Source: Octopus bimaculoides (Eukaryota). From it: 32,228 bases of DNA. Positions 32,011-32,228 of this stretch are shown piece after piece. Each line of letters opens with the position of its first letter. Position 1 is the stretch's first letter. Under the pieces are notes generated by a model. It did no database searches, was not told where the DNA came from, and saw only the letters and a program-made list of their open reading frames with translations. The stretch covers positions 91,823,754 through 91,855,981 of the forward strand of contig NC_068981.1 of the NCBI RefSeq assembly GCF_001194135.2, in the 5' to 3' direction. The translations under genes were made by a program, and so were the position numbers.

Positions 32011-32228
32011 GCTTTCGATAGGGTAGACCATCACTACTTGGAAGCCGTCCTCATAGCGGCTGGTTTCGGTCCCGTCTTCTGTGGTTGGATCGCTGCCTTA
32101 TACAGCGGCATCCGCTCGGTAGTTCGCGTAAACGGTCATCTATCCAAACCCTTCGGCATCATGCGTTCGGTTCGTCAAGGATTCCCCCTCTCGGCCCTTC
32201 TGTATGTATTGACTCTTGAGCCTCTACT
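32011..32228 (+). mobile_element. L1/Tx1-clade LINE reverse transcriptase fragment (5'-truncated, runs off the window; absent from the ORF track)
   Basis: An uninterrupted frame from 32011 reads AFDRVDHHYLEAVLIAAGFGPVFCGWIAALYSGIRSVVRVNGHLSKPFGIMRSVRQGFPLSALLYVLTLEPL. AFDRV.H, GFG..F..WI..LY, VNG.LS and VRQG.PLS..LY...EP are diagnostic of L1/Tx1-type RT. Confidence 0.93.

Overview
AT-rich eukaryotic (animal) genomic DNA from a draft assembly, with six N-gaps and very dense di- and tetranucleotide microsatellites. I found no host protein-coding gene, RNA gene, CRISPR array or prokaryotic feature. Most ORFs in the track are artefacts of microsatellites or gaps. The window is largely an accumulation of decayed transposable elements. 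DNA transposons: a full-length defective mariner (DD34D), a Tc3-like element with four 19-bp IR/DR-type sites, a FLYWCH+MULE (Phantom-like Mutator) element with sub-repeated TIRs, and a Chapaev3-like CMC element. Retroelements: two RTE-clade LINE fragments, L1/Tx1-clade ORF1 and RT fragments, three tRNA-derived SINE families, and a heavily deleted Penelope-like element (PLE) that the ORF track misses. The PLE has an Asn-rich linker and is flanked by a ~0.55-kb inverted duplication. The SINE families and microsatellite make-up match what I recall from octopus genomes (recalled, not searched). The best second-look items are the PLE architecture, two degenerate hammerhead-like motifs, two perfect fold-back hairpins, a Tx1-type RT joined to a (TATC)n array, and SINEs with an internal microsatellite. 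I cannot support a claim of a new biological system. The novelty here is at the level of possibly unclassified TE families and structures.
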